In this document: positions 37,717 through 44,651 of the stretch, in pieces
Layout of the letters: each line of letters begins with the position of its first letter
How positions within the stretch are numbered: the stretch's first letter is position 1
Assembly (NCBI GenBank): GCA_043819555.1
Contig: JBDREQ010000012.1
Coordinates: forward strand, 1 to 44,651
Origin: Candidatus Zixiibacteriota bacterium
GTDB taxonomy: Bacteria > Zixibacteria > MSB-5A5 > GN15 > JAAZOE01
DNA: 44,651 nt
Direction of reading: 5' to 3'
Notes under the pieces: generated by a model
What the model saw: the letters and a program-made list of their open reading frames with translations, nothing else
Told to the model about the DNA's origin: nothing
Database searches by the model: none
Position numbers and translations under genes: made by a program

Positions 37717-38913
37717 TTAATAATCTGAAATTTCCGATTTTCCCGAAATTTCTTTACGGGCTTGATTCAAGAGTTCATAATCAGTTGGAGAAAGGCGTCT
37801 GAGATTCTCGAGATAGTCGGCGAATAGTGAAAGAAAAATCGCCAGCATCAGCGACGCGCAAAACGTCACCGCGACAATTATCGAACGTTTTGGTTTGTAT
37901 TTTAATTCCGGGGGATAAGCTTCTTCCAGAATCGAAATCGTCGGCGTATCCTTCTGTTCCTTTATCCGGGCATCTTCATAAAGTTCGGTCAGGAGGAGAT
38001 ATACCTTTTCCTGCACTTCAACCGCCGCCATGCGCTCGGTCAACTCGATTGACAACTGAGGGATTTCCTCAAGCGGTAAGGCAAGATACGATTTGCTCCC
38101 ATCGCCTATCTCAATATTTCTTAACTGTTTTTCGTATTCCAGGACTTTGTTTTCGAGATTAATAACCGACGGATGATCGGCGGAATACATTTTTTTCTGG
38201 ACGTCCAGCGAAACCTGAGTCAACGCCAATTCTGTTTTGAGCGCCGATGCCGCCGAAATGGCCAACTCCTTCTGACTCGTCAAATCCACCGCTTTAAATT
38301 CTTTTTGAAATGCCAGTAATTCTGCTCGAGCGCCGTCCAAGATCGTTTTTGTCGAATCAAGCCGGTGATAAATAAATTCCCGATCGGATCTGGCTTTGGC
38401 CGCTTTTACGCTGCGATTCAATTTATCCAGTTCTATAACAAATTGATTGGCGATTTTGGCCGCCATTTCTGGATCTTTATCTTCAAAATACAATTCAACA
38501 ATTCCCTCGGGAGATACCGATATTGATGACTTATCTTTTAAATAAAAATGGCATTCCTGAAAGGAATCCAGATGATAGTGATTTTGTAAATCAAAAGTCT
38601 CAATAACCGCCCGCGAAATAGTCGTCGATTTGAGCATGGTCGCATAAACGTCAGATGGCGTCGCCATGATTGGCAAATCAAATCCAGCCGAACTGATAGT
38701 GTACTGGGCAAAGCTCCCTGACATGCTGACCATCTGGTCATGTTGGGAAGGCAAAATCGATGTTTTGGCTCGGTACCACTTCGGCAAGATTAAGGCGACA
38801 ATAACCGCCCCGATGGTACAGGTCAAAACGAAACTGATTATAAATTTCTTTCGACGAGCCAGAACTACAAGCATTTTCCACAGGTTAAAATTCGAATACT
38901 CATGTTCATTCAT
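37717..38913 (-). CDS. Polysaccharide co-polymerase / chain-length determinant (Wzz/GumC-like, no kinase domain)
   Basis: N- and C-terminal TM helices, LPKWY.A..SILP, coiled-coil periplasmic region, A.PP....KPKR motif before TM2. Confidence 0.85.
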   Translation of the reverse strand: MNEHEYSNFNLWKMLVVLARRKKFIISFVLTCTIGAVIVALILPKWYRAKTSILPSQHDQMVSMSGSFAQYTISSAGFDLPIMATPSDVYATMLKSTTISRAVIETFDLQNHYHLDSFQECHFYLKDKSSISVSPEGIVELYFEDKDPEMAAKIANQFVIELDKLNRSVKAAKARSDREFIYHRLDSTKTILDGARAELLAFQKEFKAVDLTSQKELAISAASALKTELALTQVSLDVQKKMYSADHPSVINLENKVLEYEKQLRNIEIGDGSKSYLALPLEEIPQLSIELTERMAAVEVQEKVYLLLTELYEDARIKEQKDTPTISILEEAYPPELKYKPKRSIIVAVTFCASLMLAIFLSLFADYLENLRRLSPTDYELLNQARKEISGKSEISDY

Positions 38914-40424
38914 CGCTTTTCCTGGCTTTCTTTTTCCGGTACATATATTATCTCGCCGTCAAATAATTCGTCTATATCTTTGGAATCTATCCGTCCACCG
39001 GTTGAAGGGTTGATTATGACTATTTTAGCCGGGTCGCCGCTGCTCCCAACTCCGCCGGCCAGTTCAATATAATAATTGACGTTCATGCCGGTCTTATGCG
39101 GAATCAAACCCGGTAATGCGACAGATCCCAGAACAGAAATCATTCCTGTTATTTCAGGCACATAAATCGAATCCCGATTCATAAGAATTATCCGGGCCGG
39201 GTCCATTTTGTCGCGCGGGTTGAGACTCAGGCGTGAAGCTCTCATTAAATCGTTCAGTGATAAATTTAGATTATAATTATCCGTGGGCGCAAAATTTAAA
39301 TTCTGTTCCCGATCTACCCATGATAAACGATATATCTGGGTTAACTCGCTAATGCCTTCGGCGGTCACCCCGCCGCATAAATTGAATAATTCCGCCAAAT
39401 TGAATGACTCGCCATTAAATCCATAATGCCCGGGCTTGATAACTTCTCCGAAAATTACAACAGAACCCTGCTTTTCATATCCCTGTTTCCACATCACATT
39501 CAGATTATCGCCGGCTACGGCGATATATGAGGCGGCATTTAAATTAGCCAGGTTCATTCTCGCTTTTTCCTGACCGTTCTCTGAAGAAATCACTAATTCC
39601 ATATTTGCGGGATTGCCCGCCACTCCGCCGGCATAGGAAATCAAATCATTGATATGATCGCCTTCAATCATCTCAATTACAGCCGGTCGATTCAGATTAC
39701 CGGATAAGGATACAAACCGGCGGTGGCTGTCCCGCGAAGGGATAAAGACAAAATCTCCTTTGCATAATAAGGGGTTGGCGGCGTTATCCCCGATCGTATT
39801 GTATCTGAGCAGATCGGCACGCCAATCGCCGGTATTTCCCCGAAGAATGATATTACGAATCGAAGCAGTCGGAGTGACCCCGCCGGCCAATTCAATTAGT
39901 TCTGAAACCCGCCACGTTGCCGGAGCGTAATACGTGCCCGGATTTTTAATCCGGCCGGTTACGTTAACCTTAACGAAACGGAATTCTGTCAATTGTATAG
40001 TAAAAGGAGATCCGGAAAATAATTCCCCGGCCGATGACGTGATTTTCTCAATCGCCTCTTTCATCGTTACCGGGCCAATATATATCTGGCCGACCGATTT
40101 TATAAAAACTCGGCCATCAGATTTTATTTCGCATGATATATTAGCTTCCTGATCGGATACAAAATAAATTGTAAATACATCCCCCGGACCAACGATATAA
40201 TCTCCGGGATCAACATAATTACCCAAAAATTTATTCTGGCTGCTGTTATAAATCATCTGGAGGGCTAATTCGGCAAAAGATACGCTTTGTTTTTGCGCCT
40301 CAACAATCGATTCACCTATCCGGGTTGCCAAATCGCCATTGCTTTCGGAATTTTGGGCCATGCCAATTCCGTTTAGAAGCATGGATGCTATAATTATAAA
40401 TATCCCGATATTGGATAATCTCAT
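38910..40424 (-). CDS. Polysaccharide export protein with multiple SLBB domains (Wza/KpsD-like)
   Basis: Signal peptide, YIVGPGDVF poly_export motif, repeated V.G.V..PG / AGG SLBB units; start at ATG 40424 because the ORF-track TTG at 40481 is the -35 box. Confidence 0.88.
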   Translation of the reverse strand: MRLSNIGIFIIIASMLLNGIGMAQNSESNGDLATRIGESIVEAQKQSVSFAELALQMIYNSSQNKFLGNYVDPGDYIVGPGDVFTIYFVSDQEANISCEIKSDGRVFIKSVGQIYIGPVTMKEAIEKITSSAGELFSGSPFTIQLTEFRFVKVNVTGRIKNPGTYYAPATWRVSELIELAGGVTPTASIRNIILRGNTGDWRADLLRYNTIGDNAANPLLCKGDFVFIPSRDSHRRFVSLSGNLNRPAVIEMIEGDHINDLISYAGGVAGNPANMELVISSENGQEKARMNLANLNAASYIAVAGDNLNVMWKQGYEKQGSVVIFGEVIKPGHYGFNGESFNLAELFNLCGGVTAEGISELTQIYRLSWVDREQNLNFAPTDNYNLNLSLNDLMRASRLSLNPRDKMDPARIILMNRDSIYVPEITGMISVLGSVALPGLIPHKTGMNVNYYIELAGGVGSSGDPAKIVIINPSTGGRIDSKDIDELFDGEIIYVPEKESQEKR

Positions 40425-40452
40425 CAGTATCCCACCTACGGTTAAACCTTGA

Positions 40453-40481
40453 ATTATATCAAACCCCCGTATTATTGTCAA
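40453..40481 (-). promoter_or_regulatory. Consensus sigma70 promoter of the polysaccharide operon
   Basis: Minus strand TTGACA-17 nt-TATAAT with extended -10 TG, 29 nt upstream of ATG 40424. Confidence 0.85.
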
Positions 40482-40610
40482 GCCGTTCCTCCTTCTAAAG
40501 CTGAACGCCTTCCAAATAACTGATTATACCGTAGTCACTTATTTTCAGTTTCACAAGATTATAAAATTCCCGAAAATATCAATAAAAATGAATTAACGAA
40601 ATTGTCAATT

Positions 40611-41936
40611 TTAATACTGACGCAAAGAGTCAATTACGATCCAGTTTATTATTGAATCAGCAAGCAAGATACTTTCAGGATCCAAATTTTGCCTCATGTT
40701 GCCGCCCGGGAGAATTTTCTGTATCAACATTGACAAAGAATCGCCGGCTATTACATTTGGGGTTGAGTCAGTCCCGCCGCCCAAAATGCCTTCGAATGAA
40801 TCCAGATTATAATTGCCATTGACCACTGCCCCGTGACAGGCAGCGCATTTTAGGTCAAATATTTCCTTCATGCCGTTATTATAACTATTTAATCCCGAAA
40901 AACCGGGAGCGGCACTATCGGAGACAACCCATTGAATTACCTGATCCTCTTCGACGACGTTAATCATGTTGGCTTCATGAGAACGATTGGCAAAATCTAT
41001 AATAGATGAATTGGCCGAATCGCCCGGTTCAACTATTCCCGGCTGGATAGTTGTATAATAAAAATTCAATGAGTAATCCGTAAAAGCGCTGGGATGGCAG
41101 ATAAAACAATTGTCCTCAAATATCGGTCGGATATTATCATAATAGGCATACGGTCCCGGATCACTGCCGTTGCCTCTCAAATCTATCCTATCAGTCCAAT
41201 TAGTATCTAATACTCGATAAATCTCCAAATTGCTGGATGTGGGGTATTTTATAAATGGCGTTGGCCTGGCCGATAATTGCCATATCGTCCAGGCGATCCC
41301 GAATGCATCGGTTCTGGTTACAATCGAGTCGTTTTCGACCGGAAGGAGCGCCGTTGAATCGGAAATCACCAAACTGCGATCCAGGGCTCTAAATAAAACC
41401 CGCTGAAATGAAACCGGATTGGAATATTTATCCGTCACGCGAACTTTAATGGTATCTGCAATAAATTCCCCGGCCGTCCCGGTGACCGGATTGCCGGAAG
41501 GCTTGATTAACTCCATCCTATCGGGATCAGATGCGGTCACTAATAACGAGAGAGAAACAACCGAATCATCAACGTTCGAAGCGGTAATTTTCAGAGTGTC
41601 AAATCCGATTAATGTATCCGCTAAATATCCGGCTGAGGCATAACCGCCGTCGTCAGTGATATCGACGTCAGGGAAAATAAATGATCCGCTATCCGGAGTT
41701 ATTTGCTCAAATGAAACTTCAATGCCCGCCACTGGCGCATTGTTTTCATCGATGACTCTGACCCTGATCGAATCGGTCATGAAAGTTCCGGCTTCGATAG
41801 CCTGATTGTTGGTCGAAAGCAAAACAAGCGTAGTATTTAAATCCGGCTTTTCCTGCGGTGGAATTGATTTTTTATCGCATGAGGCGGCGATGATTATGAG
41901 GCATACAGCCAGCACGGCACACTTAATATATTTCAT
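40611..41936 (-). CDS. Lipoprotein with Ig-like domains and two c-type heme motifs (planctomycete cytochrome c-like domains)
   Basis: Lipobox IAASC; two VRV.D...NPV Big-like repeats; CFICH (41094-41108) and CAACH (40833-40847), each followed by V.(P/A)GDS and ..I.W. segments. Confidence 0.78.
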   Translation of the reverse strand: MKYIKCAVLAVCLIIIAASCDKKSIPPQEKPDLNTTLVLLSTNNQAIEAGTFMTDSIRVRVIDENNAPVAGIEVSFEQITPDSGSFIFPDVDITDDGGYASAGYLADTLIGFDTLKITASNVDDSVVSLSLLVTASDPDRMELIKPSGNPVTGTAGEFIADTIKVRVTDKYSNPVSFQRVLFRALDRSLVISDSTALLPVENDSIVTRTDAFGIAWTIWQLSARPTPFIKYPTSSNLEIYRVLDTNWTDRIDLRGNGSDPGPYAYYDNIRPIFEDNCFICHPSAFTDYSLNFYYTTIQPGIVEPGDSANSSIIDFANRSHEANMINVVEEDQVIQWVVSDSAAPGFSGLNSYNNGMKEIFDLKCAACHGAVVNGNYNLDSFEGILGGGTDSTPNVIAGDSLSMLIQKILPGGNMRQNLDPESILLADSIINWIVIDSLRQY

Positions 41937-42082
41937 CTATGGCCTTTCAAATCAATAATCACGGGTCATTTTGACCTATACTTAATACACAGAATATTAT
42001 TGTCAAGACTAAATTGATTTTTAGTTTTTTACATTATGAATTATCCGTAAAAATAATAGTTTGTTTGAATTTCTGCAAACGT

Positions 42083-42155
42083 GTAGGTCGGCGTTCCGAA
42101 CGAAGTGAGTAATCCGATAAACATTCTTGTAGGTCGAAACCCCTGCGGTTTCGAC
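42083..42155 (+). repeat. Pair of GTAG-tagged REP-like palindromes
   Basis: GTAGGTCGG...TCCGA (42083-42117) and GTAG-GTCGAAACC-CCTGC-GGTTTCGAC (42129-42155, perfect 9-bp stem). Confidence 0.7.
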
Positions 42156-42169
42156 ATTACAATTTCATC

Positions 42170-43375
42170 CTATTTAAATGTCAGACCGATTTTGAAAAGC
42201 GACGGGATTCTTTTCCGGTCACGAATCAATATCAAAGCGGCAAAAGCCAGATATATATAGAACACTTCCATCCTGATCTCGGAAAATACAAGTTGCGCCA
42301 GAAACAACACAACAAGTAAAGACGCCCCGTACCAAGACATTCTCAAATTGGTTAATATAGCTATCGCGAATATCGACTGCCCGGCCGTCAGCCAGATTTC
42401 ATGATCCTGCCGTAAATCCAGAGGCAGGGCTCCGATTTTCCCGGCCGATATCGAAAAGACGATTGGCAGAGTCCCCACCAACAATGTCCACTGATTGACT
42501 TTAGATGATATCAAAGCCCCAATCGCCGCCTGGGCCTGCAGTCGAAAAGCCCAGATGCCCGCGACCATAAATTCGGGCGCTTCCGATGCCAGCGGCGCCA
42601 GCCATTGAACGACAAGGAATTCATCCATTCCGGCCTGAATCGCAAAATCTTTGAGTGAGTGCGCAAAAGGTTCGGCGGATATAAAAATGATAAATCCGGC
42701 ATACAAAAAAAGCGAGTAGGTTGCCATTCGGCGCGGTTTTTTTTGCAGTTTTCCGATTATCGCCGCCGGGCCGACCAGATCCGGTTCCTCGACTTCCGCC
42801 CGCGCCGTGCGGATGATATAGACGGTGAATATGGATATCAAAACAGCGGCATCAACCAGCGACAGGCTCCCTTTGAACGGAATCGAAAAAGCATAAACCG
42901 TCGCGCAGGCCATGTAGAAAACTTCGGTCGAATGACCTTTATCGAGTTGCAAAACTTTCTTTTTGGAGCGCAGGAAAAATATCAATAGTACCATCGGCCA
43001 ACCCAGTCCAATCAAAAGACGATTGGCGCCGGTCATGTTGGCCAAAGCCAGCTCCGATAGAGCAATATCCTTGCCGGCATCCCAGGCAAAAACCATATCG
43101 ACGGCATATTCGGGCAGAACGGCAATAAGAGCCAGAAGCGCCAGTGCGAAACCCTGCGAGATGTCCATCTGGACGACTTCGGCCGCCCACGAGAGTATAA
43201 ACGCCGCGCCGAGAAGTCCCAATCCAAAAATCAACGCCTCGGTTCCGGGGCCGTTGTGAAAAACGCCAAGGCGCATTAATATACCGGGAATTGTTAGCAA
43301 CGGTGTGATAACCATCACGATTTTGCTGAATTTCCCGGGCGCGTTGGCTATACCGGTGCTGTAATGTTCGCTCAT
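42170..43375 (-). CDS. Sodium/calcium exchanger family (CaCA) antiporter
   Basis: AVLPEYAVD and ANMTGANR (alpha-1), PLASEAPE and SSKVNQWTLL (alpha-2) repeats; start at ATG 43375. Confidence 0.85.
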   Translation of the reverse strand: MSEHYSTGIANAPGKFSKIVMVITPLLTIPGILMRLGVFHNGPGTEALIFGLGLLGAAFILSWAAEVVQMDISQGFALALLALIAVLPEYAVDMVFAWDAGKDIALSELALANMTGANRLLIGLGWPMVLLIFFLRSKKKVLQLDKGHSTEVFYMACATVYAFSIPFKGSLSLVDAAVLISIFTVYIIRTARAEVEEPDLVGPAAIIGKLQKKPRRMATYSLFLYAGFIIFISAEPFAHSLKDFAIQAGMDEFLVVQWLAPLASEAPEFMVAGIWAFRLQAQAAIGALISSKVNQWTLLVGTLPIVFSISAGKIGALPLDLRQDHEIWLTAGQSIFAIAILTNLRMSWYGASLLVVLFLAQLVFSEIRMEVFYIYLAFAALILIRDRKRIPSLFKIGLTFK

Positions 43376-43397
43376 GTTTATATATCCAATCGCGGCC

Positions 43398-43426
43398 AAT
43401 CTACGCTGAGATGATGTTTAAGTCAA
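43398..43426 (-). promoter_or_regulatory. Candidate sigma70 promoter of the CaCA gene
   Basis: Minus strand TTGACT-17 nt-TAGATT, 23 nt upstream of ATG 43375. Confidence 0.55.
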
Positions 43427-43577
43427 GAATTTCCGGCTTGGGGGTATGCAAATGTCTATCTGCATAAGATTTCAAAAGTATTTTATTTGTTCCGTCAGTT
43501 CCTGGCCCGACGCATGAGAGGTGTGACTGACGGCTTTGGGTAGATTCGGTTTTCATCATCTCAATAAGCCATTCCCA

Positions 43578-43730
43578 GTCATTGCGAGCGATCCCGATGC
43601 TTTTTATCGGGAGTGCGCGGCAATCTCGGGCTTTAAAACATAGATCGCCGCGTCGGCCTCCGGCCTCCTCGCGATGATAAAAAATTATTTTTATAGTCAT
43701 TGCGAGCGAGTGAAACTAGCGCGGCAATCT
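43578..43730. repeat. BIME-like array of three GTCATTGCGAG-type REP units in alternating orientation
   Basis: GTCATTGCGAGCG...GCGCGGCAATCT at 43578-43626 and 43696-43730; inverted degenerate copy AGATCGCCGCG...CTCGCGATGA at 43642-43678. Confidence 0.8.
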
Positions 43731-43787
43731 GTGGTTTTATGATGTTCAATATTATCCGTTCTGTCAGTTCTTGATTGTGCCGGAGTC

Positions 43788-44180
43788 TTACTTCTCCGCC
43801 ATCAACGAAACGCGCATTTCGCTGAAATCCCAGGTGTGGATGCCAGCAACTACCGACGGCTCGTCTTTCATTATTTCTTTGATCCGCTCTTCCGATTCAA
43901 CCTGAAAAACGATAAGTCCGAATTTGAAATCAAAAACCGGCCCGGCCATCAACACGATTTTCTTCTTAACCAAATCCTTGAGGAAGTAGAAATGCTTTTC
44001 CATTATTTTTTCTTCGTCTTTGGTCATATCTTCCGGCCAGCCGTCGCGCGTCCCCAAAAGACGAACGAGATACTGTTTATATTCGGGCATTGTTTCCTCT
44101 GTAGTAATATCATCATCAGCGTTTGCAAAAGGCATTATAATAAACGCCAGAGTGAGAGTATAGATAAATATCTTTTTCAA
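43788..44180 (-). CDS. YCII-related domain protein with signal peptide
   Basis: Sec signal (MKKIF...ANA), HF.FL, MAGP, GLIVF, DEPSVVAG. Confidence 0.75.
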   Translation of the reverse strand: MKKIFIYTLTLAFIIMPFANADDDITTEETMPEYKQYLVRLLGTRDGWPEDMTKDEEKIMEKHFYFLKDLVKKKIVLMAGPVFDFKFGLIVFQVESEERIKEIMKDEPSVVAGIHTWDFSEMRVSLMAEK

Positions 44181-44227
44181 ATCAGCTCTTTAATTTTACT
44201 GTGTCTCCCCACTACTTCATATAAAAT

Positions 44228-44256
44228 ATAATACCGTCATTATCCAATAACGGCAA
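44228..44256 (-). promoter_or_regulatory. Candidate sigma70 promoter of the YCII gene
   Basis: Minus strand TTGCCG-17 nt-TATTAT about 50 nt upstream of the start. Confidence 0.45.
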
Positions 44257-44263
44257 GATAAAT

Positions 44264-44465
44264 CATTCTCGGGGCAGACGTCCTCGTCTGCCACCCACGA
44301 CATTCTCGGCGCAGGTATGGACTCTTGCGCCGCACGATAACCCGAGGGTTGTCGCTACAATGGAAAATTCTGATACCATGTGCTGTCGGTTCCTTAGCGA
44401 AGCGGCGAACCGACAGTAGCAACTGTCAGGTCACAATTTTGTTTCACAAAATCAGGACCTGACAG
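44264..44465. repeat. Cluster of five REP-like hairpins
   Basis: Stems GGCAGACG/CGTCTGCC, CGGCGCAGG/CTTGCGCCG, CGATAACCC/GGGTTGTCG (+CTAC = GTAG tag on minus), CTGTCGGTTC/GAACCGACAG, CTGTCAGGTC/GACCTGACAG. Confidence 0.75.
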
Positions 44466-44501
44466 CACGTAAAATGACACAGGTAGAGTTTTGTTTTGTT
44501 G

Positions 44502-44651
44502 TCATTCCAGCAAGTTTCGCGAGGTGGATTCACATTTGAAGTGCAACAGTTTATCTCCAAATAACTCAGCTGGGGTTCGAAAGTCCAGACATTTCCTTGG
44601 AGTGTTATTATAAGCGCAAATGAGTTTGAAGAAGCGATCATCAGTAAGTGT
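44502..44651 (-). CDS. IS30-family transposase, C-terminal fragment (truncated by window edge)
   Basis: Manual translation from 44651: TLTDDRFFKLICAYNNTPRKCLDFRTPAELFGDKLLHFKCESTSRNLLE*; N.TPRKCL..RTP.E.F is the IS30 transposase C-terminal signature; not in ORF track. Confidence 0.85.
   Translation of the reverse strand, partial: TLTDDRFFKLICAYNNTPRKCLDFRTPAELFGDKLLHFKCESTSRNLLE
44523..44651 (-). mobile_element. Right end of an IS30-family insertion sequence
   Basis: Transposase C-terminus plus IS30-like terminal repeat TGTTGCACTTCAAATGTGAATCCACC (44523-44548, minus strand); exact end uncertain by a few nt. Confidence 0.78.

Noticed and set aside
43401..43700. 99-aa ORF
   Set aside because: Runs across REP-like repeats and the CaCA promoter; repeat-derived translation (RDCRAL...ARND) with no recognisable domain
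44240..44422. 60-aa ORF
   Set aside because: Made of palindromic repeats, no RBS or family features
44264..44465. Possible CRISPR array or attC cassette array
   Set aside because: No identical repeats separated by unique spacers, no cas or integrase gene, no consistent RYYYAAC/GTTRRRY ends
44444..44641. ORF-track 65-aa minus-strand ORF
   Set aside because: Wrong frame; the adjacent frame encodes the recognisable IS30 transposase C-terminus

Overview
Gene-dense bacterial chromosomal window, almost all on the minus strand. Gene content (PorX/PglZ regulator next to tsaE, planctomycete-type cytochrome c domains, KETAHQ-type kinase) suggests an FCB-group or related diderm lineage (inference only). 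Left to right: an AT-rich ORF fragment; dedA-hlyC/corC-htpX; a DAACS symporter with a ~420-aa charged, low-complexity C-terminal tail; an RCK-gated K+ channel; a divergent three-gene minor type IV pilin cluster (PilV/PilW/PilX-like) behind a sigma54-like promoter; a DUF2892 protein; a stand-alone degenerate GGDEF protein with an intact RxxD I-site behind a sigma54 -24/-12 promoter; an NtrC-family activator and two soluble GAF histidine kinases at the tail of a serS-HK-porX-like-tsaE-tsaB-rimI-accD-folC run; a 13-gene Wzy-type polysaccharide locus with a perfect sigma70 promoter, a MurJ-like flippase and an unusual TM-CBS-SDR fusion; an Ig-like/di-heme cytochrome c lipoprotein; a Ca2+/cation antiporter; a YCII protein; several clusters of REP-like palindromes; and, at the right edge, the end of an IS30-family element (missed by the ORF track) apparently inserted into a REP-like target that supplies its stop codon. 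No rRNA, tRNA or CRISPR array was seen. The best candidate for an undescribed system is the GAF-kinase/NtrC/sigma54/c-di-GMP-receptor module and its possible link to the minor pilins.
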